The translations under genes and the position numbers were made by a program. DNA of 64,000 bases, taken from contig RHPI01003256.1 of NCBI GenBank assembly GCA_009103225.1, positions 92,091-156,090 of the forward strand, in the 5' to 3' direction. Below the pieces are notes generated by a model. It worked only from the letters and a program-made list of their open reading frames with translations. It was not told where the DNA came from and made no database searches. Shown here in pieces: positions 23,925 to 36,548 of the stretch; the stretch's first letter is position 1, and each line of letters starts with the position of its first letter. The DNA is from Chlorokybus atmophyticus. Its lineage: Eukaryota; Plantae; Mesostigma and Chlorokybus algae.

Positions 23925-24290
23925 CCGTACGGTCAGTTGATTGCAGTGAAATCCGGGCACCTTTTGCTTTAAGTGACCGAGAATTATGCTCGATTAGTTG
24001 GCGGCTGTTAAGTTGCGCACCTTTTGCTCCAAATGCCCGAGAGCTACCCTTGGTCGGTAGGCGGCTGCTAAGTTGTGCACCTTTTGCTCCGAGCTATAGC
24101 ATCGGTCAGTTAGCAGCTGTTAAGGCGTGCACCTTTGGACCTAACTTACCATAAAATAGCCTCAGTCAGTTGGCCGCAGTTAGGGAGCGCACCTTATGCT
24201 CCTACTAACCGAGAAATAGCCTCGATCAGTTGGCGGCAGTTAGGTCACACCTTTTGCTCCACGGCTCATTGAGGCAAAAGGTGCGACCTG
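23925..24290. repeat. Degenerate tandem repeat of about 60 bp (6 copies) plus one inverted core copy
   Basis: Core GCACCTTTTGCTCC-like at about 23957, 24017, 24077, 24129, 24189 and 24248, each preceded by a CAGTTGGCGGC(A/T)GTTA-like block; inverted GCAAAAGGTGC at about 24274. Confidence 0.85.
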
Positions 24291-26061
24291 ATTGCGGAGT
24301 AAACATTATTATCGACCTTATTTATCACTTACATTGCAAATGACCGCATGGTGCAGCCGGCAAGGCGTGTCAATCCTATGCCGCATGCCCAGGTCCGAGT
24401 CCGGATGGAGGTAAACGAGTTGGGTAACGTGGTGCGAACGGTAATACCAATTTGTTTGTTCATGCTGCTTTTTAACCTGCTCGGTTAATAATATTAAGCT
24501 TTAACTGTTATCAGACCAAATCTGGCGCGGTAAGCGCTAAACCAGTGGTGAAAATCGAGGAAAGTGGGACCATGGTTGGTTTTTGCGGTTATACGCCAGG
24601 TTTTGACCCTAGTTCGCGGCTTCCACCGCCTGCTACTGCCCCCTAGTGCGGACGTCCGCGCCATACACGGTTACATGGTTATAGTTTTTCGCGGTGACCA
24701 TTCAAGCTTTGCAAGCTATGGTTTCGCTGAACCTGAGACTGAAGTATCATGTTAAGCGAACTGGTGTATGGTCTGCGTGTATGCCAACATGCGACATGTG
24801 CCGGGTTTTTAAAAGTGAGTGTTTTGGATATTCTTAAAAATATAAATGCTGTGGAATGGAAGAAGTAACACTGGAGACATGAAATCATGAAGCAGCAAGC
24901 TTCAGATGCAAGTGTGCTACAAAGTCGACGCCAATCCGTCAATGCCGCTCTACTGCGCAAGTCGCCCCCAAGCTCCACGCCATGCATGCTACACAAGAAT
25001 CCGACCCTTTTGCGTGCGGTTGCTTACAAGCAATCATTGTTTGTGTATGTGGTTACTGTGTGGTCTAGCGTCAATTTTAAGTATAAGTAGTACCGATTGT
25101 CTTTATGCAGCGCCGAGCATCATTAAAATCCAGGTCCCTGCTGATTTGCTCGATGTAAACCTTTGCATGCACATGTGCACTTCTATTATCTGCTACATGT
25201 GATTATCATGTCAGCATGCTTGTATGCCTACGGTAATCCGGATACAAACTTTGCAATCACCGTGACGCTCTCATGCAATACATCAATAATACAAAAGAAG
25301 TCAATGTAGTACGAATCTCTCACATTCTTTGCGCGCACATAGCTGTACTTAATAAGTAATTGCATTAATAAATAACTGTTAACCATATTCAATTACGCAG
25401 TAGTCATGCAAGTGGTCTATGCATATATTGAACTGATGCATATGCATTGCCAATCTTTATAAATAACTACAAACAGAATAATCACGTGCACGATTACTTA
25501 CATTTCAGCTATAAAATAGTCAACTTATTTGCTCAACATAAAGCACAACAATAAAAGCATTACTGACTGCATTTGATTGCATGTTTGAAATTGACCTGTA
25601 CGTGCAAATCTTGTTTATTACTTGAAAACATGGATCTGCTCCACTAATAGCTTCCACAATAGTCATTATAATATGCATGAGAAATTTTAAACCTTGTCAT
25701 ATCAAAGCCGCGACATTCTCACCAGATCTTTCATTTGTCATTTATGCTACATTCTCATAATGTTAATATGATGCTTATATTGTCATGTTTAACATAAAGT
25801 TGGAGGCTTGTACTAACAAAATGAATGACATTTTTGTACTATGCATGTTACAAATAAGTGGCTATTGTTTCATCAATACACCTGACGTCATATAAAGCAG
25901 GCTATCTAATGCCTATTCTGTATGCAGTGGTGTTGTAATGCGGCTTAACGAACATGCTATAGCAAATGTGGACTTTCAATACTTGCACCCATTTTTATTC
26001 CCACCTGTAAATAAACACCCTCGTTGGTTTTTTACAGGAAAAATGCGACCCTAATGCCCCC

Positions 26062-26236
26062 NNNNNNNNNNNNNNNNNNNNNNNNNNNNNNNNNNNNNNN
26101 NNNNNNNNNNNNNNNNNNNNNNNNNNNNNNNNNNNNNNNNNNNNNNNNNNNNNNNNNNNNNNNNNNNNNNNNNNNNNNNNNNNNNNNNNNNNNNNNNNNN
26201 NNNNNNNNNNNNNNNNNNNNNNNNNNNNNNNNNNNN
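26062..26236. other. Assembly gap (N run)
   Basis: 175 consecutive N. Confidence 1.
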
Positions 26237-27363
26237 CACCCTTCATTGAATTTTGCGCGTGTGAGGGGAAGGGTCTTTGTTTGCAAGGGGTAGTGGTAAA
26301 TGCACATATAAGGTATCGCCGATTTGACAAACTGCATTATTGAAGCTTATTACATGGTAGGTAGGCTGCCTAGCCTATTATAGCCTATTAATATATGGTA
26401 GGTAGGCTGCCTAGCCTACCAATAGTAGGTTGAGCAACTTTCGCAATGGACAACAAGTGCTGACCAGTGCTGACGGCGACGCTGCCTATGCATGTCAATT
26501 CTCTGGATAAGGTGGCAACGTTGCGAGTCAGGGCTTTGCGCCACTGGTGACAAAGGCGTCAAGTACCAGCATTTCAGATAACTATAATCGCAGTCAATGT
26601 AGGGCATTGTATCTAGAGCCTCTAGCCACTAGACCAGAGGTACCTACCGTCCTATCCTGTGGTCGATAAGGACCTTCCTGGCCTGGATGACTAGTACGGA
26701 GCAACAAAGCTACAGGAGCACGTGCAGTCGCGTGACCGCAATGACCCCCAGCCGATAGCGACAGGGAGTGACGCAGCGTACCAGCGACTAGTGGCGCGCA
26801 TACCGCGGCCTGCTTGTTCCGCGCCGATTCTTCCAGTCGGCCACGCAATGCGCGCTGCCTTACGAGCCGTGCATTGCGGCGCGCCGTACGTTGTTGGTAT
26901 TTGCGCACGCTTTGCCGAAGCTTTGGCTGCTTTCTGCCCACGCCGCAAACAGACTTTGACACCAACAAACAAGACGCAGATAAAATGGATCTAAGAAACA
27001 GATACGATTAAGCAAACACTGAGTATATAAGCAAGGCCGCGCCCAGGAAGAGGTATCAGTCTCTGCAGCTCGCAGCAGTTCTCGCTAGCCTTCCGTTCCT
27101 CTAAGGTTAGAGAGTGTGAAGAAGGCTCACTGAGGAGCCCTCTGCAGTTTGATGTTGTCGTTGTGTGTGTGTTGCTGATGAGGAGTTGTGTGCTCGTGTG
27201 CACGTGAGCAGCACTGTGTGACACTGCCTTGCTGTACTGCTTGCACGCTATGACACTGTGCTCATTGAGTTGCTTGACATGCACGCATGCAGCAAGCACA
27301 ATCACTGACTGACTCACTAACTCTGTGTGTGCAGCAGCCACTTCTGTCTCTCCTTCCAGCAAC

Positions 27364-28202
27364 ATGGCTCGCCAGGGTGCTGCTGTCCTCCTTCTGTGCG
27401 CCGCCCTCCTCGCGGTCTGCGGCACCGCCACGGCTACACTCCCGGTCTGCATCGACATTGAGGCCGACATCGTCATCGACATCAACCTCGGCCTCCGCAT
27501 CGGTGCGCCTCAGATCGTCACCGATCCCAGCGAACTCCTCACCTTCGTGGTGAGCACAACATGCCATGCAGTATGTGCTCTTGAGGTGGTGGATGATGCA
27601 AGGCATGAGTGTGGTGCTTAGTTCTTGGTTGTTGATCTTGGCAACAGCTCGCCAAGGTGAAGCCATTCAAGATTGGTGTTAGCGGCCTCGTGTCCATCAA
27701 CGGCTTCTGCACGCTGCCCGCCCAAGGCATCAACAACCTGCCCTGCACACTGTTTGTGGTGAGTAGCAAGCACAGACAAAGCATACATTCTCTGTTTACA
27801 CTGATTAGGGGTACTCACTAACAAGTCGTGTGTGTGCTCTCCTTTTGCTCGCAGGCTGGCATTGTCAACACCGACCTCATCAGCAACCGCAAGCTCCTCG
27901 GCACCACCGGCGTGAACCTCAACGCATGCGTGGGTCTCCAGCTCACCATCAGCCACATCCTCATCAGCAAGAACTGCCAGTGTGTTGCGGAGATCTCCGG
28001 CTCCATCATTGTCAACGTCAGCGTGCCCCCCGCCGACATGCTCACATCCACCATCTGCTCACTCACCGAGACTCTCCCCACCAAGATTGGTGATATCAAG
28101 GCCCTTGTTGCAAGCCTCAACGCCCTGCTCACACCCACCACATTCCTGGGCGGTCTCCTCCCTGTGGGTGTCATCCCCATTGCTGGTCTGCCTTTGCCTT
28201 GA
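27364..28202 (+). CDS. Small secreted orphan protein (about 214 aa, 3 exons: 27364-27549, 27648-27758, 27855-28202)
   Basis: Signal peptide MARQGAAVLLLCAALLAVCGTATA; phase-0 GT-AG introns keep one frame to TGA; GC3-rich codon usage. Confidence 0.8.
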
Positions 28203-29479
28203 TCAGAGAGGTTAATGTTCATTCCGTCGATGGGTTAGGCGGTGTCTAGCCCTCTACTAGAAAGCTGAGTAGTTCAGGTGAGAGTACGCTAGAATAGTTT
28301 CAGAGTAGAAGTTTGAGAATTATTTCCTTCTGTCCTTGGGCATGTTACATGGGATGGAGTAGGTAGCTCACGTTGAAGTGGTAGTAGCTAGCTAGAACGA
28401 TGTTGATTCAACCGTGATATATGGATTTCCGTTTACCCGACAATTCGTTGTTGTGGACGCATACATTGCTGACACCATGTCCTACTTGTTGTGGAAAGAT
28501 CGCCATAGCAGTCCAGCTGCAATTGTGTTTGGCAATCGTGTGTTTGGCAATGTGTGTGCGGTTGGCATCCTCATAGGCTGCCACTGTTGTCTCCCTACCC
28601 AAGTGGGGAGATCAAACACTGCACTCATCTCGACATGGACAAAACTGCCATTGGTGCCGATGGTGAGGTGGTTGGCTGGCGATGAGGCAAGTATTGTGCT
28701 GTGCTGCATGCTGGTGCTGCCTTAGTGGAATAAGGCTGTGCAAACTTCTATGTGTGATGATGTGTGTGGCGACACACTGCCATGTGGGTGTAGTTATTGG
28801 TAACGAACGACCGGGCTGTGATGTACCACATAGATATCTGTACTCAGTTGGAGTGTGCTGCGGCGGATGCTGTTGCCATAGTAGAAGCGTTGTTTTGCGT
28901 TATGCAGTTTTGAGTGTTACGCTATATGCACAGCTGCACTGCGACGTGCTCGACGTGGTGTACAGGATATGCGAGGTGCTATTGCGCATGACAGTGCCAT
29001 TGTGACATACCATGCCATTGACATCATGGACACAAGTATACACCACCACCGAGCTACCATACACTGTTGCACATAGCGAGTGATGAGCATTGGGATGTAG
29101 ACCCATGCACACCTGTATACTGTGGACCTGATATACCATAAGACAACAAGAACGACAGCGACAGTCTGACCTCAGCAATTGCTCAACTTGCAACAGCAAT
29201 ATCTTGACCAATTGCAATTCCGCTTGTGCAGCAGGCCAGAGTAGCTGCTACTACAGATTTCTAAGCCAACATCAACGAGTCAATCTGACACTGTTTTGCA
29301 CCTCAGATGCTGTGTGTCTCTATGCGCAAATCCACTTTGGCTGAAATTACCTACCTAGCGATCAACGCTACTGACATGCCAAGACTACTGTGCACCAGTG
29401 CCCATTTCAGCTGCGCTCCTTCAAGCATGTACATATGAGCGACATATGAGCGACAATCGCGTAGTTGACTGTCCAGACT

Positions 29480-32400
29480 GGTCAGCACGCTGCTGACCAA
29501 ACGTCTTCATCCCTTTCAGTACATACAACCCAGCCTATTGCCTGTTGCATGTCTTGCGCGTACACTCCAACTGACCACGTGCTCTTCAGGGTCGCTGCGC
29601 TGTGAGAGGCCTGTGCACAGCAACCATGTTGATTCACGACACGAAGAACAACAATTGCATACTGTACATGAGTCATGATATTCTTGCCTGCCAGTTGTGA
29701 CCTTGCCACCCATCTTGAGGCAGAGTTGCCTCAGGAGCTCCTTTGCGTCCGCAGGGGGGCGTTGCTGAACAGCAGCGCCGATAGGAGGCTGGGTGAGACT
29801 AGACAGCACACCCAGGGGTTGAGCGAACTGCTGTTGCTGCTGTACAGCTGATATGGCTCGCCTGGTGGGAGCCTGCGTGTCGCACATGTTGCTCAATATC
29901 TGCATGCGTGTGGAAACCTAATAAGCTGCTGCAGCATTTGGGGACATTGAGGGCACGCAAAGTACCTGTCGAATATACTGCGATTTGACTTGCAACCATC
30001 GCCTGTCATTGAAACAAAATCAGGTCAGCGCAGGACAACTCCAACTTCTATGCGAGCACTTACTGCTGCTACTACAGGCGACTGCGGTCCTACGAAGATA
30101 AATACCTGCGGCACTGTGTTCGCGTGCGACCCTCAAGATGCTGTGCAATGACCGTCCAGTTGCTATCTCCATGCTGGCGTACAGCATCTGCAAGCTTGCG
30201 GTCATCCTGCATACCAAACCAGTGACTTCGCCCAGTGTACACAGCAAACCAACAACTCTCACAACATCAACACATGGGGACTTGAGCAGCAAGCTCGGAG
30301 GCAACATGTTGTAGCTTTAGAATAGAAACAAACGCCAACGGCACTGCGTACTGCTTTGGTCCACTTGTTTGAACGCTTGATGGCTGGGTCCAAGACATTA
30401 CACCAGCGTTCCCTGCACTGGAGATCTGACCGCCCCGGCACATATGTACTGATCTGCTGCCACTGTGGAGGGCCTATCACCTGCACAGAAAGTGCCAACA
30501 ACCAGACACGAACACTTCTCAGTAATGCTGCATGCGACACGCAACATTGACTAGCAACATCGCATGTACCATCACGGCCCATTTCAACGCGGCATCTTCC
30601 TCAGGCTTCCAATGCCCCTTGTTCTCGACCCCCAACGTGTGCTTCCACCTCACCGCGCACATGCCACCTGTCCGCCCTGGTAGACACTTTGAAATGGCCA
30701 GCCAGTTTCTGGTGCCGTGGAGTGAAACCGCCATCTTCAACTGCTCATCCTCCTGCAGACAAAGCCCAGTGTGTTGGGCGCATGCATGATGGATCATAAG
30801 TAGGCTCAATTACACCAATCAACACATTATGTACCTCCAGTGTCCACTCGCCACGTCGTTCACTTTCTTTGCGGTCGCGCATGTACCGACGCAGGCACTG
30901 GGCAGCCGTGCGGTTTGTACCCAGGGTGCTTGCAATGACTGCCTGCATGCAAGATGGGTGTGAACTCTGCTTCTCTCCTTTCAAGCTACAGCGAATGCCA
31001 CGCTGTTGTTGGAAAACTTACCCAGTTAGTCTCGGAATGCTCCTTGGCTAGTTCCTGCAAGCGTTTGTCCTCTTCCAGTGTCCAACTTGCGCTCTTGTTG
31101 ATGGAAGGGTTCTGTAAATACATCGTAACCATGTCAAGGACCTACATTTGGTGGCAACGCATGCATCTCAGCATACACGTGGCAGCACCACAACCTACCT
31201 AGGACACCTTCACTTCTACTGACAACTAAGTACTCATCACTTGACCGCATGGCTCAGCATGGGAGAACAATCCTTAAAATCCCAACCCGAGCAACAGCGT
31301 GAGTACCACAGCCATGACAACATAATGATGCCACTGCTCACAGTGGTGCTTTACGCCCACATGATACGAGCCAACAGTCATGTATTCTCACTTGCACGTT
31401 GATCCACTGCAGGCGACATTCAAGTGCGGATCGCCCGGGCACAAACATGCCAGCGACTTTCTCCCACTGAATGCCCTGTGCAAGCGCAGCATCAAGCGCT
31501 GTAGCAGTTGGCGAGATACTCTGCAGCTCAGCCATGCGCTGCTTCAACTCAGTTTGAATGGCTGGTGTCTGCAGTAAGCAGAGGAGTGTAAATGTATGAA
31601 TTCTCATTCAAGGCACTGCACGATCACATTAATCAGCCTACATCAAACCTACCCGTGTTTGGCCTTTGTACTTGTCCAGCAACGCCCTCACTTGCTGCTC
31701 TTGAGCCTGCTACACGCACTAGATGTGATTGAGCGCCCTGAAATGTGACCCAACCCGCACTAGCTGCTTCACACTCAAAACACAGCGCAGCTTAATGTTA
31801 ATGTAACAATAAAACATGACCTGCTGCACGACGCCAAGGTGCAGGCTGTTCCGTTCGGCATCCGTCCAGCGCTGGTTTTTGTACACCAGGGGCATTTTCT
31901 CCCGCAGCCGACGCAGCTGAGCACCAGCTTCGGTCTCGGCGGGCATGCTGCCATTGGCTGTCTGAAAGTACCAACGCCCAGTCGCATAGGACACGCTCCT
32001 GCCTGCACTGTCCCGTCCATCTGCAACAAACAAGGCATGCAAAATTTGTCAATGAAGAGCCCGTCAATAGTCCATTTCAATCCTCACCTGTTTCTTTGGA
32101 TTGCAAAGCGCACTGCAGTTGTGCATTCTTGGCGAGAGAAGTCTCAATCCGTTGCAATGCACGTCGCAGCCGCTCTTGACACTACTTGCAACACACATGC
32201 ATGGTGAGGTCACAACACGCTGTTAAGGCATTGCTTGCTTCATCAGCCCTGTGCGCTGCAAAACATGTTCGCATATAGCACCTGTCGGTTTAACTCCAGA
32301 GCACGCGCAGCAGCTGCAGATGTGTCGTGGCTTTCTACAGTCTCTAACTCCGGAGGCGCAAGGCTCGCTGGTGGAAGCCATGCTGGCTCAGGTAGCGCCG

Positions 32401-33492
32401 ATGACGATGGTGAGAACCACAGCGAGGCACTGTGCTCCAACTCCACAACCTTTGCGATACCGGACGCACTGACTGCTGCCTCAACATCCTCTGCTGCTAC
32501 CTCCTCTCCTCCTTGACTGTCGTCATCTTCGTCCTCGTCCATCTCTTCCTCAAATTCCTCATCACCTGCCTCCGGCCCAACCCTGCCACAACGTCACCAC
32601 TGCAAGTTGTGCGCCGAACATCATGCGCACAGTGCATACTGATAGTGCTTTGCACAATTGCGAATGTCATACCAATGCACAACTTGGCGAAAACGTCTAG
32701 TTGCATAGGTGCAACAAACCAGCACATATGAAAACAGAAGATGTTGCACGCTGTGACTGAGCACACGACTCCTCACGACCCATTTGCAGGCCGTCAAAAG
32801 TCAACTACATGCATGCCAAAATCTACCATGTAATCTGTGCATACAATCTGCAGCTTTACACGGGTCCTCATGAGCAACCTCATGTGGCTGGCCTTGTTAC
32901 ACTGTTGACGGAGTACTGTATGCCACACCCATATATTACTAAGCAACTTGCAAGCTGCCATACGGCGTTTCATGGCTTTAGGCAAGACGCATGCAGGGCA
33001 GCAGGCATAATGGACGTCATTGTTGTTGCTGTTGTTGGTGGTGGTGGTGGTGGTGGTGGTGGTAGTGATGGTGCTGTTGTTGGTGCTGGTGCTGGTGCTG
33101 CTGCTATTGTGGTTGTGGTTGTGCATGTGTGTTGCTGTCAACGACACATACTTGCCAGAAGTATGTGTCGTTGCACAAAACTAGGCAGCGCACTGGAATG
33201 CACCATCTCACCTGTACAGTTGGCCGGCTGTGGCTGCGGTGGCGTCATGGAGCACAGCCTGAAGCTGCTCAATCTCACTGCGCAGCTCGTGCCCATAATC
33301 CTCCAGGTCGTCATCCTCCTCCTCGCCGCCGTCATCGCCATCGCTGTACGCGTCAGCCCATCTCGCTGCTGCCAGACCAGCAGGCGCACGCAAACCCCCT
33401 CCTCCTCCTCCTGCTACTACTCTTCCTCCTCCAACGACGGACTTATTCCTGCTGCTCTCCGTGTCTTCTCTACAACTTTCAGCAGCGGACAT
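29480..33492 (-). CDS. Multi-repeat Myb protein, SNAPC4/MYB4R1-like; 3' end approximate
   Basis: Acidic/coiled-coil N-terminus, then several Myb repeats in separate exons: QRWTDAERNSL, WEKVAGMFVPGRSALECRLQW, RTAAQCLRRY...RGEWT, WLAISKCLPGRTGGMCAVRW...GHWKPEED, WQQISTYVPGRSDLQCRERWCNVLDP. More than three repeats fits SNAP190/MYB4R1. Confidence 0.75.
33020..33120. repeat. Compound trinucleotide microsatellite (GGT/GCT/GTT)
   Basis: Direct reading of (GGT)n and (GCT/GGT)n runs. Confidence 0.8.
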
Positions 33493-34297
33493 GCTCAGTT
33501 GCTCCACGCAAACAGACGCTTCCCACCAATCACTCGATAACAACAACCCCTCGTCCTCATGACGGGGCCACCCCCACCACCCCCACCACCCCTGCCGCCG
33601 CCGCTGCCGCTTTTGGCGGGAAATGCAGCCTAGGGTTATGGTTTCCCGGATCAGGTGATCGGGCTTACCTACATCCTGATCGTGACATCCCAATTGTGTG
33701 ACCCGGATCAAGCTCAACCCCTTCACGTGACTAACAAGGCCGCGGCAATATCGGCGTCGCCGCAGGCTCAAAGCGATATCAGCAAAGCGGTACCTGATAT
33801 CTGCGACGTTCGGCCCAGCGCTCTCTTCTGAACTGTGACACACGTGACGCCGCTTCCGTCACGCTCGGCGCATTACGTGACAATCTGGGCACAACACACT
33901 TAACAAACAGCCAACCGAACAGCAACAACCGTGGGTCGTTAAAACTTTCGTCAGCGGCAGTGTCGCTGTCAAGGTTGTTGGCGAGGGCGCTGGTGTCCTG
34001 CACCACGCGGTCGTTGCCGAAGCAGCTGAGGAAAGGCGCGTTGGCTGGTAAACCACACACCGGACGACACTGCACCGCTTCAACCTATGAGGAGATAGAC
34101 AATAGCAAAGGGAGGGGTTGCCTGTGCTTGCTCACTGTTGATGAGCAGAACATGGACAAGGAGAAAGACATGGAGAGGGAGAGGCAGAGGCGGAGCAGGC
34201 TGTGTGGGCTGGTGTTGTCATCAGTGTATCAGAGCTGTTGGTGAAGCTGCTAGCAGTGGCGTAGGATGCGGGCAGAGTCAGGGAGGCGTCCACTGAC

Positions 34298-36548
34298 ATG
34301 GCCGCTCAGCAGCTTAGGCGACCCAGCAGGGCGGCGTCATCCTTGTCCTCCTCCTTATCCTCCTTCCCCAGGCGTTTCGTGATCGTGGGTCTCTGCTTCC
34401 TCTGCACCCTCGTCTGCTACTGCGACCGCACTGGCTTCTCCATCTTCTTCACGCACGCCGCCGACAACGCCACCCCGGAACCGCTGTCTCAGAGCCTCAA
34501 GGGATGGGTGCTGTCGTCGTTCTACTACGGATACGCACTCACGCAGGCAAGGAGGAGATTGCACATGATATGATAACAAACGTAGTTCTGTTGGTTGTTG
34601 CGGTCATGAGGCATGCATTCCAGCAATGTGGCTCACCAACCAACAACTTTCTATGCTGCTTTTCCTGGTCTCCTTCAATCTATACTCTATGTACTGTGTG
34701 GTCACGCGTTACACATCTAGGCATAGGCAAGTTGTCTTGCATATCAATCAAACGTGGACTTGAGCAGGACCCCCCTTGCAAATTCACCAAGGTTCCACAT
34801 TTACCAATATAATGCTCATTCAACACAGTCCGTAAGCTCTGTACGCTGCTTTTTGCCACAGGTTTGTCTTGTTCGTGCGTGCATGCATGCATTCTGGTAC
34901 AGGAGACGGACCCGATCTTGTATCCTTGATGCCAACAGCATTGTATCATACGCGCACATCAATTGCAATGTCTTGTGACCAGGCTTCCTTAACACATCAC
35001 CCATGCATGCACCTCACAATGATGTCATTGCTGTTGTAGCAGTCCGGTAAATACAGCACGACAAACTGTCATTGTGTCGGCTATGAGTTGACTTCTCCAA
35101 CCCTATCAGATCCCCGGCGGTTGGGCCGCTGCCAAGTACGGCGGTCGTCGCGTCCTCATCCCTTCCTTCGCCTTATGGACCTTAGCTTCCCTCCTCATGC
35201 CGACGCGCGTGTCCGGCGCCGGCGTGGCGGTGATGGTTGCAGCGCGCGTGGTGACGGGGGGAGCGCAGGGAGTCATATTCCCGGCGATACATACTGTACT
35301 AGCGGCGTGGATACCGCCGCACGAAAGGTCGAGAGCGGTGTCGCTGACAACGTCGGGCATGTACTTGGGGTCAGCCATATCCATGCTTGTACTACCAAGT
35401 AAGGGCCATTGTGCGTGCATTCTTGTTGTTCATTCTTCTCTCATCTTCTCTCTCGCTTCTGACTACAGTTACCCACCCTATGCTATGCTATGTGGACTTG
35501 TGTCTCTGTTACTCTCTTGCGGTTCTTTCGGCAATTTGAGGCACCTCAACAGTCAGTCAGCACTCATTTTCTTTGTTGCTGCAACTGCTCTGTTTGTTGA
35601 CCACGCGTTGGTACTGACTCTGTGTGTGCCCACATGCTCATCTCAGATGTGTTGGCCACCTTTGGTGTTGGCGCGGTGCCGCGTGTGGTGGGGCTGGCGG
35701 GCATATGTTGGGTGTTGTTGTGGATGCGCATGAGCTCGGAGCCGGCAGGTGCCGACTCTGTGACGCTGCAGCAGACGGGTGCAAAGTCCTCTTCCATCGA
35801 CCTGAACAAGTTGGAGAACGGCCACGCCCACGCCCACGCCAACGGCAACAACAACATGTTGGACAATGAGGCCGGGGAGACGCGCAAGCGGCCTCAAGCA
35901 ACTATCCCGTGGAGCCGCCTGTTGTCAAGTCCACCCGTGTGGGCCATCATCATCAACAACTTTGTGTTCCACTACGCGTTCTATGTACTCATGAGCTGGA
36001 TGCCAACCTATTTTGAACAAGGTTTGCACGCGCGGTTGGCCTCGATGGGACCCTTCAAGATGTTGCCTTACTTCATGATGTTTGTGTTCTCCAATGTGGG
36101 CGGCGTGGTGGCCGACCACCTCATTGTCCACAAGCACTACAACGTGGGTTACACGCGCAAGCTCCTCAACACAATTGGGTTCGTTGCAGCCGCAGCAGCA
36201 TTATTGTTGATGCCCACGGCTACAACTATCGGTACAGCGGTGGCGTATGCGACGGTGGCACTCGCCATGTGTGCGTTGGCACGAGGCGGCTTCTCCATCA
36301 ACCACATGGACATCGCCCCACGCCAGGCCGGCGTGTTGATGGCGCTGTCCAACACCGCCGGCACGCTCGCAGGAGTCATCGGCGTTGCGCTAACGGGCTT
36401 CATGCTTGCTGCCAGCAATGCTTCCAACAATGATGCACAGGGCACTGCGGGGGATTGGTTCGGCGTCTTCGCGGTCCCCGCGGTGCTTTGCGTGGCGAGT
36501 GCGGGGGTGTTTGTCGCATTTGCGTCCGGTGAAAGGATATTCGACTGA
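34298..36548 (+). CDS. MFS anion/phosphate transporter (SLC17/PHT4 family, PHT4;6/ANTR5-like); exons about 34298-34546, 35110-35397, 35647-36548
   Basis: RFVIVGLCFLCTLVCYCDRTGFSI, SSFYYGYALTQIPGGWAA, GAQGVIFPAIH, SGMYLGSA, SWMPTYF, NHMDIAPRQAGVLMALSNTAGTLAG. Confidence 0.9.

Noticed and set aside
23925-24290. CRISPR-like repeat/spacer array
   Set aside because: Eukaryotic context, degenerate repeats, mutually similar spacers and no cas genes.
24850-25200. Faint similarity (LRAVAYKQ) to transposon accessory proteins
   Set aside because: A single short motif with no supporting frame.
25995-26337. ORFs spanning the N run
   Set aside because: Artefacts of translating Ns.
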